A DNA stretch of 64,000 nucleotides, taken from positions 29,450,001 to 29,514,000 of the forward strand of contig NC_043010.1 in assembly GCF_006345805.1 (NCBI RefSeq). The letters are read 5' to 3'. Positions 1-13,330 of the stretch are shown here, piece by piece. The notes beneath the pieces are model-generated. The model worked only from the letters and a program-made list of their open reading frames with translations, made no database searches and had not been told where the DNA came from. The number at the start of each line of letters is the position of its first letter. The first letter of the stretch is position 1. Position numbers and translations under genes: made by a program. The stretch is from Octopus sinensis (taxonomy: Eukaryota).

Positions 1-830
1 GATACATGCACTGCATTTGGGCTCAATATTAGCATGCAGAAGACAAAGGTCATGTATACTTCAACAGTTGGCAAGCATATGTGGTTCCTGGCATCATCGT
101 GGGAGGGAAAAGGCTTGAAGTAGTGGACAGCTTTGAGTGTCTTGGAAGTACGCTGAGTAGAGCTGGCACCCATGATACCGAAATAAATCACAAGATTATG
201 AAAGCGTGTTGCTCATAGGAAATTCAAGCGAGTCTAGTCAGATCAAAATATCATATGAAACATAAAGCTCTCTGCGTATGAAGCCTGTGTTCTTACAGCC
301 CCGTTATATGGGTGCGAAATGTAGACAACGTACAGGCAACATAAAGCAGGTGGAGAGGTTTCATCAGAATTGTATCCGGCGCATCATGAACACCAAGTGA
401 TCCTCTTATACACCTGATGCTGCTGCATTTGAGAAAGTGAGCAGCACCAGTATTGCGGTAAGAATAATTTCGAACTAAATGCTTTGGGTAGATCATGAAA
501 GATTTTTATGGGAAGATGAAAGATTTTTATTGGAAGCTGACCAGAGGGAAAAAGCCGCAACATAAACCAATGTAGCGATTTAAGGAGGTTATAAAGAGCA
601 GTCTTAAAGCTTTTAGGCATTGGCTGAAAACCGTGCATCATGGAGAAAGATTGCTAAGAATATATGTGATGTCTATGATTCAAAACGAGTGGAGCATGCT
701 GCTCTGAACCGTCCCCTCTGTAATCAAAACTCAAGTACAATACCTGCAGAATTCTATCTGAAATTGAAAGGCAATGTATGTGGGCGATTTCTTATTTAAG
801 AGCTAAATTAACCAACCACCTAAACTCACA
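1..830 (+). mobile_element. Degenerate RTE-like LINE, C-terminal RT region
   Basis: Broken frames read FGLNISMQKTKVMY, VGGKRLEVVDSFECLGSTLS, LYGCE and ERFHQNCIRRIM, which match the RTE-clade RT thumb/C-terminus; many stops and frameshifts. Confidence 0.75.
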
Positions 831-958
831 TGAACCGGAGAGAAATCAAGCAGCTTGTGAGATGAGTTTCACAACCACGTCCTCTGCGGCACATATTTAA
901 TGCAAGCTTCAATGAAGGTGTGATACTCTTCTGACAAGACCGATCAACATACACCCAC

Positions 959-1017
<59 letters not shown>

Positions 1018-1609
1018 GTGAGAGAGAGAGAGAGAGAGAAAGAGAGTGTGTGTGAGTACGCGAGCGTGTGTACATACGAATGTGTGTGTGTGTGTGTGTG
1101 TGTGTGTTCATTGCCTAATAATCTGCATACTTTCTTATTTCAAGTATAGAAAGAGGACCAGGTGTTCTTCTTATGATTTCCTAGTAATGAGAGTATTTTA
1201 TATTCGCTGGGCTGAAATTAAAGCTGTGCTTAGCTAGTCAAGTTGCATTACTTAAATGGGGTTTTTTTTCTGAACCTGTGTTGTAGTGGTTTTTAAGGAA
1301 TTAAAAGCAAATTCTATGCAATACCTGGCATTTGCTAATGTAATGATACCGTATCTCTTAGATACCGTTGCGTACTAAGCAAGTAGAAGTCGTTCTACTG
1401 TTATTTAAGACAATCTTTTGTGAAACTGAATCGTGTTCCTATGGGCTCACAATTTTATGATTTATCATTTTGCTTCTACCTTATTACAAATGCTATTATT
1501 ACTACTTACGTTGAATTCCTGTTGAGTACCTATTTTAGATTACTTATTAGATTTCCTTTATGGGTTGATTGTAGAGTTTGAATTCGTGTGCATTAGGTTC
1601 TTATTATTA

Positions 1610-2135
1610 TTGAGTGAGAGAGCAGCGCATGCTATCAAAGTAACACTGGGGTACAAATATGCGATGCCCAATATACCCACCATGACTACCCGTCTGATAA
1701 GGGTACATCAGACAAATGCATCACAATCATATGTGCGTGACATGGTAATCTCATATAAAGATAAACAGTGTAAGACTTCACAGGTGGGGCCCAGATAGAA
1801 TTTTCTTCAGGTCAAAAGGTCCCTGAATAAGGGTTGTTTAAGGATGTTGAACGAAACACTCATGTTTCCAGAGGTTAATTATTCAAATCCGAAGAATTTC
1901 TCTCATACATGGCTTTGATGCTCTCCCACTACTTCTGTACGTGATCAGAGATGCACATATTGTCAGCCACTAAGTGACATGCTCAACTGGTTAAAGTCAA
2001 ATAACTGACAAGCAAATCTGTTGTGTTGAGTAGAATATTTGCTGTAGCCCATATTTTACACCAAAACATGTACATGATAACACTTCCAATCCGTTAAGAT
2101 CAGAAGCCATGAGAGCCAGTGTCTGGTATTGCATC
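1610..2135 (-). repeat. Dispersed repeat whose 3' end abuts (AAT)n; probably a retroelement 3' end
   Basis: Reverse-complement similarity to 29026-29170 and ~50030-50372; all three copies end at an AAT run. Confidence 0.7.
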
Positions 2136-2281
2136 AGGGCATTACGTTCTGAGTTCAAATTCTGCCGAAGTCGACTTTGCTTTTCATCCTTTCGGGGTCG
2201 AAAAATTAAGTACCAGTAAAACACTGGAGTCGACTAGTCTCCTCCGCCCAAATTCCAGGCCTTGTGCCTTCAGTAGAAAGG

Positions 2282-2339
<58 letters not shown>

Positions 2340-2369
2340 TATTATCATTATTATTATTCAGTAGTTTTA

Positions 2370-2575
2370 TTTTTATAGCGTGCTTTCACTTCACTACCGA
2401 GCGCAGCTCTGTGTGCCTTGGGTATGTGCTGTGATTTGTTGTGATGCTCTGATGGTTATTGTATGGAAAGTGTTCTGCGTAGGATGTGTGCAGTGCCTAG
2501 TAGTGCAATTTTCTGTATGTTATATGTGTTTGTAAGTCCTGGTGTTTTTGTTATGTATTTGTCTGAATATTTTTT
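2370..2575 (-). mobile_element. R4/Dong-like RLE LINE, 3' end fragment
   Basis: Minus frame KKYSDKYITKTPGLTNTYNIQKIALLGTAHILRRTLSIQ*; flanked by (TAA)n. Confidence 0.8.
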
Positions 2576-2580
2576 TATTA

Positions 2581-2617
<37 letters not shown>

Positions 2618-2625
2618 CATTATTA

Positions 2626-2696
<71 letters not shown>

Positions 2697-3073
2697 TCCT
2701 TCTTTCTTCAAATTTTCTTCCGTTTCTTGCTGAGTGTTTTCCATACACCTAGGGCAGAGAAGCTCATTGTATACATTCCCAGATTACACAGGCAAATTCA
2801 CAGGTAAAATATATATTTAAAAAATTAATAAATAAATAAATTCATGAATGGATGTTGTTTTCACAGTGATAATGTTCTTCTCAGTACACGAGCCGTCCCA
2901 GTTAACACGATTTTTTGCACTTCCTGTAGGGATGGTAAGCCTGGTATCATTTCCAAATAGGTTTCAGTACCTTTTTTTTATCATTCCTAAAGATCCTACA
3001 ATCACTGGTACTATAGTCGCCTTGAGATGCCACATTTTTTCAATTTCTATTAGCAAGTCTTTATATTTACTGA

Positions 3074-3075
<2 letters not shown>
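2697..3075 (-). mobile_element. R4/Dong-like RLE LINE, 3' end fragment (second subfamily)
   Basis: SKYKDLLIEIEKMWHLKATIVPVIVGSLGMIKK...LQEVQKIVLTGTARVLRR; same family as 43184-43457; embedded in (TAA)n. Confidence 0.85.
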
Positions 3076-3135
<60 letters not shown>

Positions 3136-3357
3136 GGATAAGAATTACTAGTGTTGATTTCATGCTCTATTTTACTAACAGAATGTACAAGATTATCAAT
3201 TTTATTTTGTTTATTAAATACGTTACCATCAGATTCACGACCGTTGTATTGTATTAAAGTTGTGGGATTTTGTATTATTGTTTTCTAAATTCTAAATCTC
3301 ACTCATTTTGGGGCTATACAGATCTGTAGAGTAAGTCTGAGAGTTTGTGTTACTTTC

Positions 3358-3404
<47 letters not shown>

Positions 3405-4003
3405 TTTGATTATACTTGTTCATTTTACGGGCGTTATAGCTTTTATAACATCTACAAGCTATGATGTAGAGTAAGTGAATTTAACTGATTACTTATTTAA
3501 AATGCAAAGATATATGTGATTTGGAGAAAAGTTTTTAATACAATATATTAAAGTAAACATCTGTCCTAGAGCTTGTTTGTGAATGGCGTTTAAATCATGT
3601 TACCTTTAATTTTCTTGTTTTGATATTTCTTTATTTTTCTTGAGTGGTAGTAATTTTTAACCCTTTGTGGGTCTTCTTGAAGATGCGAAATTTGAGTATT
3701 CTATTTTAGAAATGTCAGATTGGATTATGCTAATTCCTTTCCTATCGCTTAGGTTAGATATTGTATTTGGATTAGTATGCACTGGTAAATTCGTTTCATC
3801 TTTACTCTTACATTTATCATATGTTGAATTCCATCATAGTTTTTACCGCTATGTTTGGCTGCGCATTTACTTTCAAGGTTTTTCGATTGGCTATTGTCGT
3901 TTGTAAGTTTTATTAACTTATTTGTCTACATGCATATCAGGGCCTTTATTGTTTTTATTCTCAGATCCACCACTAGCTACATTATCAATGTGGTTGTTAA
4001 TAT

Positions 4004-4235
4004 TGGCGGCGAGCTGGCAGAAACGTTAGCACGCCGGGCGAAATGCTTAGTGGTATTTCGTCTGCCGTTACGTTGTGAGTTCAAATTTCGCCGAGGTCGA
4101 CTTTGCCTTTCATCCTTTCGGGGTCGATAAATTAAGTACCAGTTACACACTGGGTTCGATGTAATCGACTTAATACCTATGTCTGTCCTTGTTTGTCCCC
4201 TCTATGTTTAGCTCCTTGTGGGCAATAAAGAAATA
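4004..4235 (+). mobile_element. tRNA-derived SINE family B with Nin/Deu-like core
   Basis: GGCGGCGAGCTGGCAGAA head and GCCTTTCATCCTTTCGGGGTCGATAAATTAAGTACCAG core; more than 10 related copies in the window (e.g. ~8010-8205, 28012-28220, 29358-29983, 50520-51120, 53054-53270, 61659-61888). Confidence 0.85.
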
Positions 4236-4347
4236 TGTTAATATTAGATATGATCATATTAGAATTATCATTTCCTCGATTATTTGCAATAATTTACGGT
4301 TGAGTTGTGTGATGTATTAGTATATTTTACATGTTTCTGTGTAGAAA

Positions 4348-4514
4348 TTATGCAAAATCAGAGTTGTTAGTATAAGGGATAGTAATGAGCTGAACCCTAT
4401 CCTCAACACCACTTTTGAACAGAGCACCATTATCATATTCAGAATTACTATTAACTATTTCTACGGTAGAGGCTTGCTTGAATAATCCAAGAGAAATATT
4501 CTTTACATGATGAC
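4348..4514 (-). CDS. Candidate terminal exon 13 of the host gene (tentative)
   Basis: Weak acceptor ccttatatag; phase-1 frame open for 54 codons to TAA (CHHVKNISLGLFKQ...ALFKSGVEDRVQLITIPYTNNSDFA*); compatible with the phase of exon 12. Confidence 0.3.
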
Positions 4515-4612
4515 CTATATAAGGTTTTGGTTAATTAGATTTTTTTGTGCTTGTGTAAAAATTTTCATTAGGGATATTATGACAGACTATTCCATTGCTG
4601 CTGCTGCTGCCT

Positions 4613-4658
<46 letters not shown>

Positions 4659-4660
4659 CA

Positions 4661-4756
<96 letters not shown>

Positions 4757-4799
4757 TACTTTATGCTCACTACCTAGATTTGTTTTTTAGTATACTTAC

Positions 4800-4893
4800 A
4801 GCAGGTGCTGACAGGATATGCTGCTTGGTTCGTGATATTATGACTTGAAGTCAGAAACGTATACTTTTCCTCATGCTCACGAGTCAAAGTAAG
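4800..4893 (-). CDS. Host gene coding exon 12 (module 4, second half)
   Basis: ttttcttttcag|...|gtaagt; 94 bp, phase 0-1; LTLTREHEEKYTFLTSSHNITNQAAYPVSTC. Confidence 0.8.
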
Positions 4894-6124
4894 CTGAAAA
4901 GAAAAAATAAGAAATAGAAAATCATTTATATTTTTAAATTATTTTCTTGATATCAACCTGTTGGGCTGGGCACTACTTTACATTGGTTTCAGTAATTATT
5001 TCAATTCCATTAAGTTGTCTGCTACTTATTTTATCGGTCTTATAAAATAAGAACCATACAACGTAATGTGTCTATCTTGGCATAAAGAGAACGAAACTTG
5101 GACTAAATACCTGTCTTGTAAGGTAATTCACTTAGGAGAAGGCCACTCCAATGTAAATCCTACAGCTTACAGTACACTGCAACTGTCTCACCTCACTGAG
5201 TCACTGTGTTTAGACCTCCATGTTTCAAGAATGGGATCGGATTGCATTGACTGACTCACTTTAAAACTATTAAGCGCAGCAGGAATAAAATCCCTGCAGC
5301 GTCAACGATCGGTTTATATTGTCACTTGAGGGCGTAACACATGCGGATATGCATAAATGTGACCTCTTTATCAGTAGTCTGTTGGAAATCATGACAATTT
5401 TAACACTGTTCATTCAATGATGTCACACGAGTATTATGACGAGTAGTGCTAAAAATGACAAGTGGGAGTGAATACATAACGACGAATATATCAAAAACAA
5501 ACGACACAAACACATGTATCACATTTATTGTTTCATTATAGATAACTTCTGGTTACAAAGGCGGTGGACGAGCCTGCAGACTGTCCATGTGAAGTCTTGA
5601 AAGTTTTACTTGCTAATAATGAGAATTTATCAAACAAGCGCTATGTATTAATTGCAAATTGCAAGAATGAATTAAAATTAAAGTTCTAGCATTACCTCAA
5701 GGAAAATAGTTAACATCACTTTATTATAGAGACACATCTTGCTTTTCATTTACTTCTGTATTTTTCTCCGGTCTCTCAATCAACATATTTACTATTTCAT
5801 TTTATTTTTTTCTCCACTCCTATCAACTACTAAGATCTGAGGTGAAGGTCTTACTCAACAAAACCATATGAAATTTGCAATCTTATATTTTTTTTGTATA
5901 CCTTTTAAATGCCTCCACTCTCTTTAGAAACTTGTTCAACCGTAGTCACGCTTACGGTTTTATGTGACATTTTATGCTGTTTACTAGATATTGGGAGAAA
6001 CTTGATTCCACTAATGTATTTCACTGTAATCGACTGGTAACAGTAGTGCCTACGTAACAACCTTTTACGTACGTGTAAAACACATTCGAAATATCAGTAA
6101 TTGGTTATTATAATAATAATAATC

Positions 6125-6890
6125 TCTCTATACTGTTATCCACAACGATGAAGTCCTCCTTGTACTAAAACATTTCCTCGATTTACGTCCTGATCTCAGC
6201 CTATCACCTCTACCCACCTCTTTTTAGATGAGCTGGTACTCCTTCAATTGCTTCTCTTTCGCAGGAGAGCTTTAACATCAAGTATCAGGAATAGCTATGG
6301 GAACGAGAATGGACCGTAACTACACGAATCTGGCTTGCCACTTCATCTAAAGGGGATACTCCATACTCTTATCCAAACTGCCCTTGATCCTACCTGGTCT
6401 GTTGGCCACGCATTTGCAGTCTCTCTCCGAACCCGCCTCAGTCTTACCTGCTTCTGTTACCCACTCATCTATCATCCCACCACCCAACTCTCCTAACACC
6501 ATTTTACGTGATTTCCACTGACTTCTATCCGATCTCTTCACTTTCTACATGTTCCTCAACCTACTCCTCCCCTCCTTCAAACGCGGCAGTGGCCTATGTG
6601 ACTTATTAGTCAGTAGCTTCTTTCCCATTCCCGACACTTAACCTGGCTCTTTCACTTGCTCCCATACATGCTTCCGCATCTATCTCTTCCGCTCTAACAC
6701 GACTACCCTCACCGGTAACTGCCACCGCTTCTACCACCAGCAATCTCATCTACTGCATCTTCTGTTCTTTTTGTCACTCTTCGTACATTGGACAAACCGG
6801 CCGGAGTTTTTTAATGTTTTGCTGAACATTTTCGGGAATTATACTTCGGTTTCACAACATTTCCTCTCAACTTGTCATTCTCTGCAACAA
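6125..6890 (+). mobile_element. Degenerate Penelope-like element (RT fragment plus GIY-YIG region)
   Basis: LYTVI..LKHFLDLRP and QVSGIAMGTRM (PLE RT motif), then NLIYCI.C..C...YIGQTGR. Confidence 0.75.
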
Positions 6891-7494
6891 CTGTTACACA
6901 CACAAACACGCACAAACACGCACACTCTCTCTCCCTCTCACTTTTTCCTACTCCACATACCCTAGTACCCACTCATACACACACACAAATACACACTCCT
7001 TCTCACTCCGCACACCCCAGCATCCACACTTCCATATCCATCCTTACACGTACCGCAAACACACAGCACACACACACAGACTTCTTAACACTTACCACTT
7101 TTGTCACCTAACACTTCTGTCCGGGATGACACACACATACATCTAATAGCCTCGCACGCACACATAGAAGCGCCTATACACACGTATACACTTACATACA
7201 AACACAGTATATACACGTACACAGCTGCATATATACACGCTTTGTCCGATAACCTTGTACACACCAACTCAAAAGCAGGACACACACTACACATACACAC
7301 GTTTGATAGCCTCATATGCATATATATGTGTGAGATAGCCTCACTCACATACATACGCCCACACACGTACACACAAACACACAGAATATACACGCATACT
7401 TTGTATCATCCAAACATAAATACACATACGTGCATGTTCGTGCACACACAGGCTTCCATGCTCACGTAAACACGTTCACATTAGCTTTATGCAT

Positions 7495-7542
<48 letters not shown>

Positions 7543-7857
7543 TTGCCCACTAACGCTCTCGCACTTATACACACAATATACACGCATACATTAACTTCTC
7601 ACATACACACACGTGCTTACGTGCACACATACACAAATGCCATCTCACTGTGTCTACCTTGCCATCCACGTCTTAAGCTAACTACCTCCTCCTCCAGTCA
7701 CTTCAGTATGCCTTGACCGTCTAACTCAGATACGTTTATCCTTCTCCTTTTATCTCTTATCACCTATCTTTTCTTATGTAAGCTCGAAGCATTAACGACT
7801 TCTTTTTTCCCCTGTGTGCTAATCTAATACTTCCTGCTTGTTTTCTTTCACCGCCTT

Positions 7858-7925
<68 letters not shown>

Positions 7926-8284
7926 ACACACACACACCACACACACACACACACACAACTATATAGGCATTTCATGAAATACTAAACCACACTGTTAATA
8001 CTGGTTTTACTTATGGCACAAAGCCAGTCATTTCGGGTGAGAGGGTAAATTTATTACATCGATCCTAGTGTTCAACTGGCACTTATTTTATCGACCCCGT
8101 AAGGCAAAGTCGACCTCGGCGGGATTTGAGCTCTGAGCGTATGAACGGACGAAATGCCATTAAATATTTCGTTTAGCGTGTTAACGGTTCTGCCAGATCA
8201 CCGCCCTCACACTATTGTTAATATTGAAACTACAACAACAATAACAAGAACAAACGAAGTCTCGACTTGTATAATTATACTTAC

Positions 8285-8493
8285 TGTACGGTTATTCATA
8301 TCAAAGCTGGGATACCATGTCAAATATACACAAAGCAATTTTCCAATGTCCCGAAGGTTAATAAAGTAGTCATTATGAACGGGTCTCAAACTGCCAAAAT
8401 ATAAATATTCTTCGTTGAGGATTGACCCTTCGAAATCCATTGTAAAGCGATTAACTGCAGTGGCTGAGCTCAAAGTAACTTTCCATTTTCTAT
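8285..8493 (-). CDS. Host gene coding exon 11 (PLAT-like module 4, first half)
   Basis: tttactgatag|...|gtaagt; 209 bp, phase 1-0; NRKWKVTLSS...FEGS...DYFINLRDIGKLLCVYLTW. Confidence 0.85.
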
Positions 8494-8919
8494 CTATCAG
8501 TAAATGAATCAGTGTTAGTCAATAGGTTAAAAGTAAGACGAGGGATAAAAAAAAAGTGATTGAAAAGCAAAACGGTAAAAATCCTAGTTTGATGTTTTAA
8601 TAGTAAAATAAGAAGAAAAAAACTCTCTATATGGGCGCTGATATGGCGTTGTAGAGTGGTCAAAAAGCTAGCTTTATAACCATGTGCTTTCAAGTTCAGT
8701 CTCACAGCGCGACGACTTAGATAAATGCCTTATGGGTGAATCTAGTAGACGGAAACTGTATGGAAGCCTGCCCTGTGTGTGATGCGAGGTGTCTGTCAGC
8801 CACCACCATTACTTGAAACCGATGCTTCCCAACCACATAGTTCCGGGCTCTGTTCCATGCTATAACTTGTGTCGCCTTGAATCTACAAGCTATTCAGTAA
8901 AGAGAGAAAGGTAATTAAG

Positions 8920-9290
8920 CAAAGGCATGTAAACAGATGCGTGGCACTTCTACTATAGCCTCAAGCTGACCAAAGCTTTTGAGTGGATTTGGTGGACGGA
9001 AACTAAAAGAAGCTCGTCCTATATATGTATGTATGTATCTATGCGTATGTATGTCTTTGTGTCTGTGTTTGATCCATCCCACCCACCTAGCTTGACAACC
9101 GGTGTTGGTGTGTTTGTATCTCCGTAACTTAGCGGTTCGACAAAAGAGAGCGATAGAATAAATACCGGGCTTTAAGAAAATAAGTACTGGGGTCGATTCA
9201 TTTGACTAAAAATTCAAGGTGGTCCCCCCCCCCCGGCATAGCCGCAGTCTAATGACTGAAACAAGTAAAAGCTAAAAGATAAAAGGTAAA
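8920..9290 (+). mobile_element. SINE family A, partial copy
   Basis: Similar to the full copy at 23309-23754, including the GACTGAAACAAGTAAAAG tail. Confidence 0.75.
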
Positions 9291-9306
9291 AGATACACAC
9301 ATACAC

Positions 9307-9393
<87 letters not shown>

Positions 9394-9614
9394 AAGAAGA
9401 AGAAGAAGAAGAAGAACTTTTGGATGGAAATTCATAAATCCCTTAATGCATTGCTACGTACGCTTCCACAAAGTGCATGTTTTAGTTGTTTTATCCCCCA
9501 TCCATAAGATATTACAGCAAAATCCATATATTTTAAAAGGAATATTAACACACGTGTTCGTTTCCTCAGGCAAAAGTTGCATTAATGTTGCTTTAGTGTT
9601 GCAAAAGTTGCATT

Positions 9615-9940
9615 AGTGATGTATCCACTGGGATACCACGACCAATCGTTCCATTTGCCTAGTGCTGGGAGGTTTTGATGTTATTCACGGGCTCTCCCAC
9701 CCTGGTACGAGAGCCAGACGGCACCTGATGTCAAGCAAATTGAGGAGTGGACCAAAATCTGGATCCCCTATCAACAAGTCAAAATCCATCAACATACCAA
9801 AGTTTTGATGTTAATCACGGGCTCTCCCACCCTGGTACGAGAGCCACACGGCACCTGATGTCAAGCAAATTGAGGAGTGGACCAAAATCTGGATCCCCTA
9901 TCAACAAGTCAAAATCCATCAACATACCAAAGCACCTCTC
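9615..9940 (+). mobile_element. Gypsy integrase zinc-binding remnant with a 130-bp tandem duplication
   Basis: DVSTGIPRPIVP, FDVIHGLSHPGTRA and VKIHQHTKAPL; 9672-9801 is repeated at 9802-9931. Confidence 0.7.
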
Positions 9941-9974
9941 AGCAGCTGTAAACCCCAACATTTACGCCGTCAGA

Positions 9975-10255
9975 AGCTAGCTTCACTCATAGTGTGGACC
10001 GCAGTTGCATCTGATGAGCTCAAGTTTCCCTTGATCTTCATCGATGCTGGCATCACGGTCAACAGTGAAGTTTATGTGGAAATGATGGATAAGAAAGTGT
10101 TGCCCTGGGTTACAGAAACCTTTGGTGACCGTTACATCTTCACTCAAGACGGGGTTCCGGCCTACACATCCAATTTATCACAGAAGTGATGCAAGTCCAG
10201 ACATCAATCCCATGGACTTTGCTATCTGGTCCATCTTAGAGAGTAATATGTTTGC
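9975..10255 (+). mobile_element. Tc1/mariner-superfamily (maT-like) transposase fragment
   Basis: VWTAVASD..FPLIFID.G..VNSEVY..M..KVLPW...YIFTQDG, then SPDINPMDFAIWSILE. Confidence 0.75.
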
Positions 10256-10270
10256 TCACAACATGCGTGC

Positions 10271-10340
<70 letters not shown>

Positions 10341-10654
10341 ATGTAGAGGGGAGAACTGATCTCCAATAGTTACCGCCAACAAGTATCTATGTATGTATTT
10401 TCACAACTGAGGATATGTTTGCGTTTAGACTGTTTGTGACCCGAATAAATTGCTGTAGACAAGACTACTTTTGGTGCATGTTGATCAGCAGGAGGCTGAC
10501 ACACTGAATCTTTTAAGTTGTATAACAACCATTATGTTTCTGACATCAAGAAGATTACGGAAAAAGGATTAACAGTTATTACTAAGTGGATTACTATTTT
10601 AGAAATAACACGCAACCACTCGAAGCTCTAAAGAGAAATAAGTATAACACTTAC

Positions 10655-10742
10655 TACCACGATTCTCGTCTACACAATAAATCTTTGTACCTGGACGTGT
10701 GGCTTCGATAACAACTCCCGTCGTGTGGTCAGTCACTTTTAT
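10655..10742 (-). CDS. Host gene coding exon 10 (PLAT-like module 3, second half)
   Basis: tttaacttctcag|...|gtaagt; 88 bp, phase 0-1; IKVTDHTTGVVIEATRPGTKIYCVDENRG. Confidence 0.85.
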
Positions 10743-12136
10743 CTGAGAAGTTAAAGTTAAGTGGCATGCAATATTATATTATCTATTAGAAAATTTATAT
10801 AATGCATCACAGTACGCATGAATCAATTAATTCTATATTACTGAATTATATTTAGCCTTCCTCAATAATAATTTTGTCTTATATCTATTAAAGATTAATA
10901 TGTGAGTCTAACAACTGAACAAAGGGATACTGTTTCGACCTAGACGTATTTTGTCCATCTAAAATCGATTTTCACGTCATATCAAGCACTGTAGACCCGG
11001 TATTTGGTGTATTATAAAAATTATATGGCGCATGAATTAATTCTGTATAAGGATATATTTATATTTAAGGATTTATATAAGGATTTTTATATTTAGGATA
11101 CATAAGGATTTAGCCTCGTTCTAATATTTTAGGCAAAACAACGAAGTCTGATAGCCCACAGACTATGATGTAATACTTTTTTGTATATATTGTTGACACT
11201 ATCGATCATAGATCACCAATAGCTGGAGAGTTATAAACAGTTTAGAGTGGACTATACACTCCCAACCTTTCTCTTAATAGCTACATCCCAGTATCCTTTA
11301 TTTTATAGCAAACTTTACTAAAAGCAATATGATTACGATAATGATAGATTATCACAATGCAACTATCTTTTAGCACTATATGCAAACAAAACTAAGCATA
11401 GATTGCAATGAAAATTTTCACATAACGCTTTTACACTTTCAGTGCCTTCAAATTAAAGCCTTCATTTTATCTTGTACTAACTCGAAGGAAAGAAAAATGT
11501 AGCCAGAACATTGTCAGAAGCCGATGAGAAAGCAAGCCCTTATATCTAGTTCACGGCAGAGGACGTGTGATGCAGCAAGATTGAGCATTGAAGATAATAT
11601 AAACATCTGACCCAGAATCGCAACATCTGACTCAACATAGTTTATACTGTGCAGGAGTTTTGTCGCTTACATCAGTGGATGGCTTCGGGCAGCTCTGGTG
11701 TCGTGCTGGAAGGGACTGAAATACCTACAGAGCTGCTTCACTGTCTGATGAAACATCAACTCCTACATTCGGAGACGGAGAATAGTAGGACACACACACA
11801 CACACACACACACACCACACACACAAACACGTACAAAATCGCACAGATATGTGAACTCAGAGAAACACATATACACACACACACACACACGCACATGCAC
11901 ATACACATGTACACACACACACGCACACGCGCCTGTACACACATATTCACTCACACACATGCATACACCCATACAGACACCCCCAAACTCTCATATATAC
12001 ACACATACTCATACCCAGATATATGCATACAATCATACCTAAATACATTAATACATATACATGCAAACATTCACTTACGTTCGTACATATATATACATAC
12101 ATACACATATATATGCATACTTACATACATGCATGC

Positions 12137-12167
<31 letters not shown>

Positions 12168-12269
12168 CATACATACATACATACATAATACATACATAAT
12201 ATATACATACATGCATACATATTCACACATATATACACATACATACACAAATATATACAGAGCTTCAAC

Positions 12270-13330
12270 AGAAATAAGAATATCAGTAAAAGACATTCCA
12301 TCTACTGAGCAAGTGGGGAGTCACTAGAAATCAATTTGGGAAAAGGAATGATGGATTAAATGAGAAGGCTGAATGGATAGATGAGTTAGAACAGGGATAC
12401 TGCAAACGGGTTAAACAAAAGCTCTACAAAATATCGGCGGTGCAGTACTTCAAGTAGTCCTGAGAAAAATACCAAACAGAAGTCATCAGGCCAAGAATTG
12501 GGTTGCAAAATCCAGTTGCTCTTTTGATATGGTTAATATTTGGCCCATATTGCTTCAGATTATTAACTAAGAAAGGTGAGAGGTGTCATTGAATCCATTC
12601 CTAAGAGCAGCTATAGGAATGGATTCAATGACACCTCTCACCTTTCTTAGTTAATAATCTGAAGCAATATGGGCCAAATATTAACCATATCAAAAGAGCA
12701 ACTGGATTTGCAACCCAATTCTCCAAAGATATTACAAGATATCGGTTTAAAATTCTCAACTTCTATCGGCGATATTTAATATGACTGTTTAAGAAGAGTA
12801 TCAAGGGCACATCAATAATATCCATATGGCTATCGACTGCCGTCGTCCTTTTCATTTCCAAAATATAGCCAAACCACTGAACTAAAAATTACTGCCCAAT
12901 AGCTTGTCATAACATCAGCTGAACACTAGCTGCCCCAACTTGTCTCTACAAAATCTGCCATACCTAATCAAGAAACAGCATACCTAATCAAGAAAAAACA
13001 GCTATAGGAATGGATTCAATGACACCTCTCACCTTTCTGAAGCAATATGGGCCAAATATTAACCATATCAAAAGAGCAACTGGATTTTGCAACCCAATTC
13101 TCCAAAGATAACATTGAAACCACAGAACAAGCTGGGGGAAAGAAGAAAGTGGCGGTGGGGTGTTGAGCACTTACTACTTAACAAAATGTTACAATGAACA
13201 GCCCGAAAGAATAGCAAAAACTTGGCTATGTTGTGGTTGAACTATCAAAAAGCCTTTGATAGTATAATACATGGGTGGATTCTCAAAGCACTGAAATTAG
13301 CCAAAGAAGCATCACCACTTGAAGTTGCCA
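12270..13330 (+). mobile_element. Degenerate RLE-type LINE RT fragment with internal rearrangements
   Basis: KNYCPIAC and LAMLWLNYQKAFDSIIHGWILKAL, homologous to RT motifs of the 43460-46935 element. Confidence 0.7.
12494..12722. repeat. Near-perfect inverted repeat (about 110-bp arms, 10-bp spacer); third copy at ~12998-13110
   Basis: 12494-12603 is the reverse complement of 12614-12722 with a single 1-bp indel. Confidence 0.95.

Noticed and set aside
1100-1450. Possible further minus-strand exons after exon 12
   Set aside because: Phase-1 frames from the candidate acceptors hit stops quickly or lack convincing splice sites
2119-4848. ORFs with poly-I, L, N, Y, T or S runs (also at 29232, 42852-43342, 46890 and 50828)
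   Set aside because: Translations of trinucleotide microsatellites; no coding signal
6872-7975. His/Thr- and Cys/Val-rich ORFs (also 11649-12327 and 48421-48733)
   Set aside because: Products of degenerate (CA)n and (CATA)n tracts
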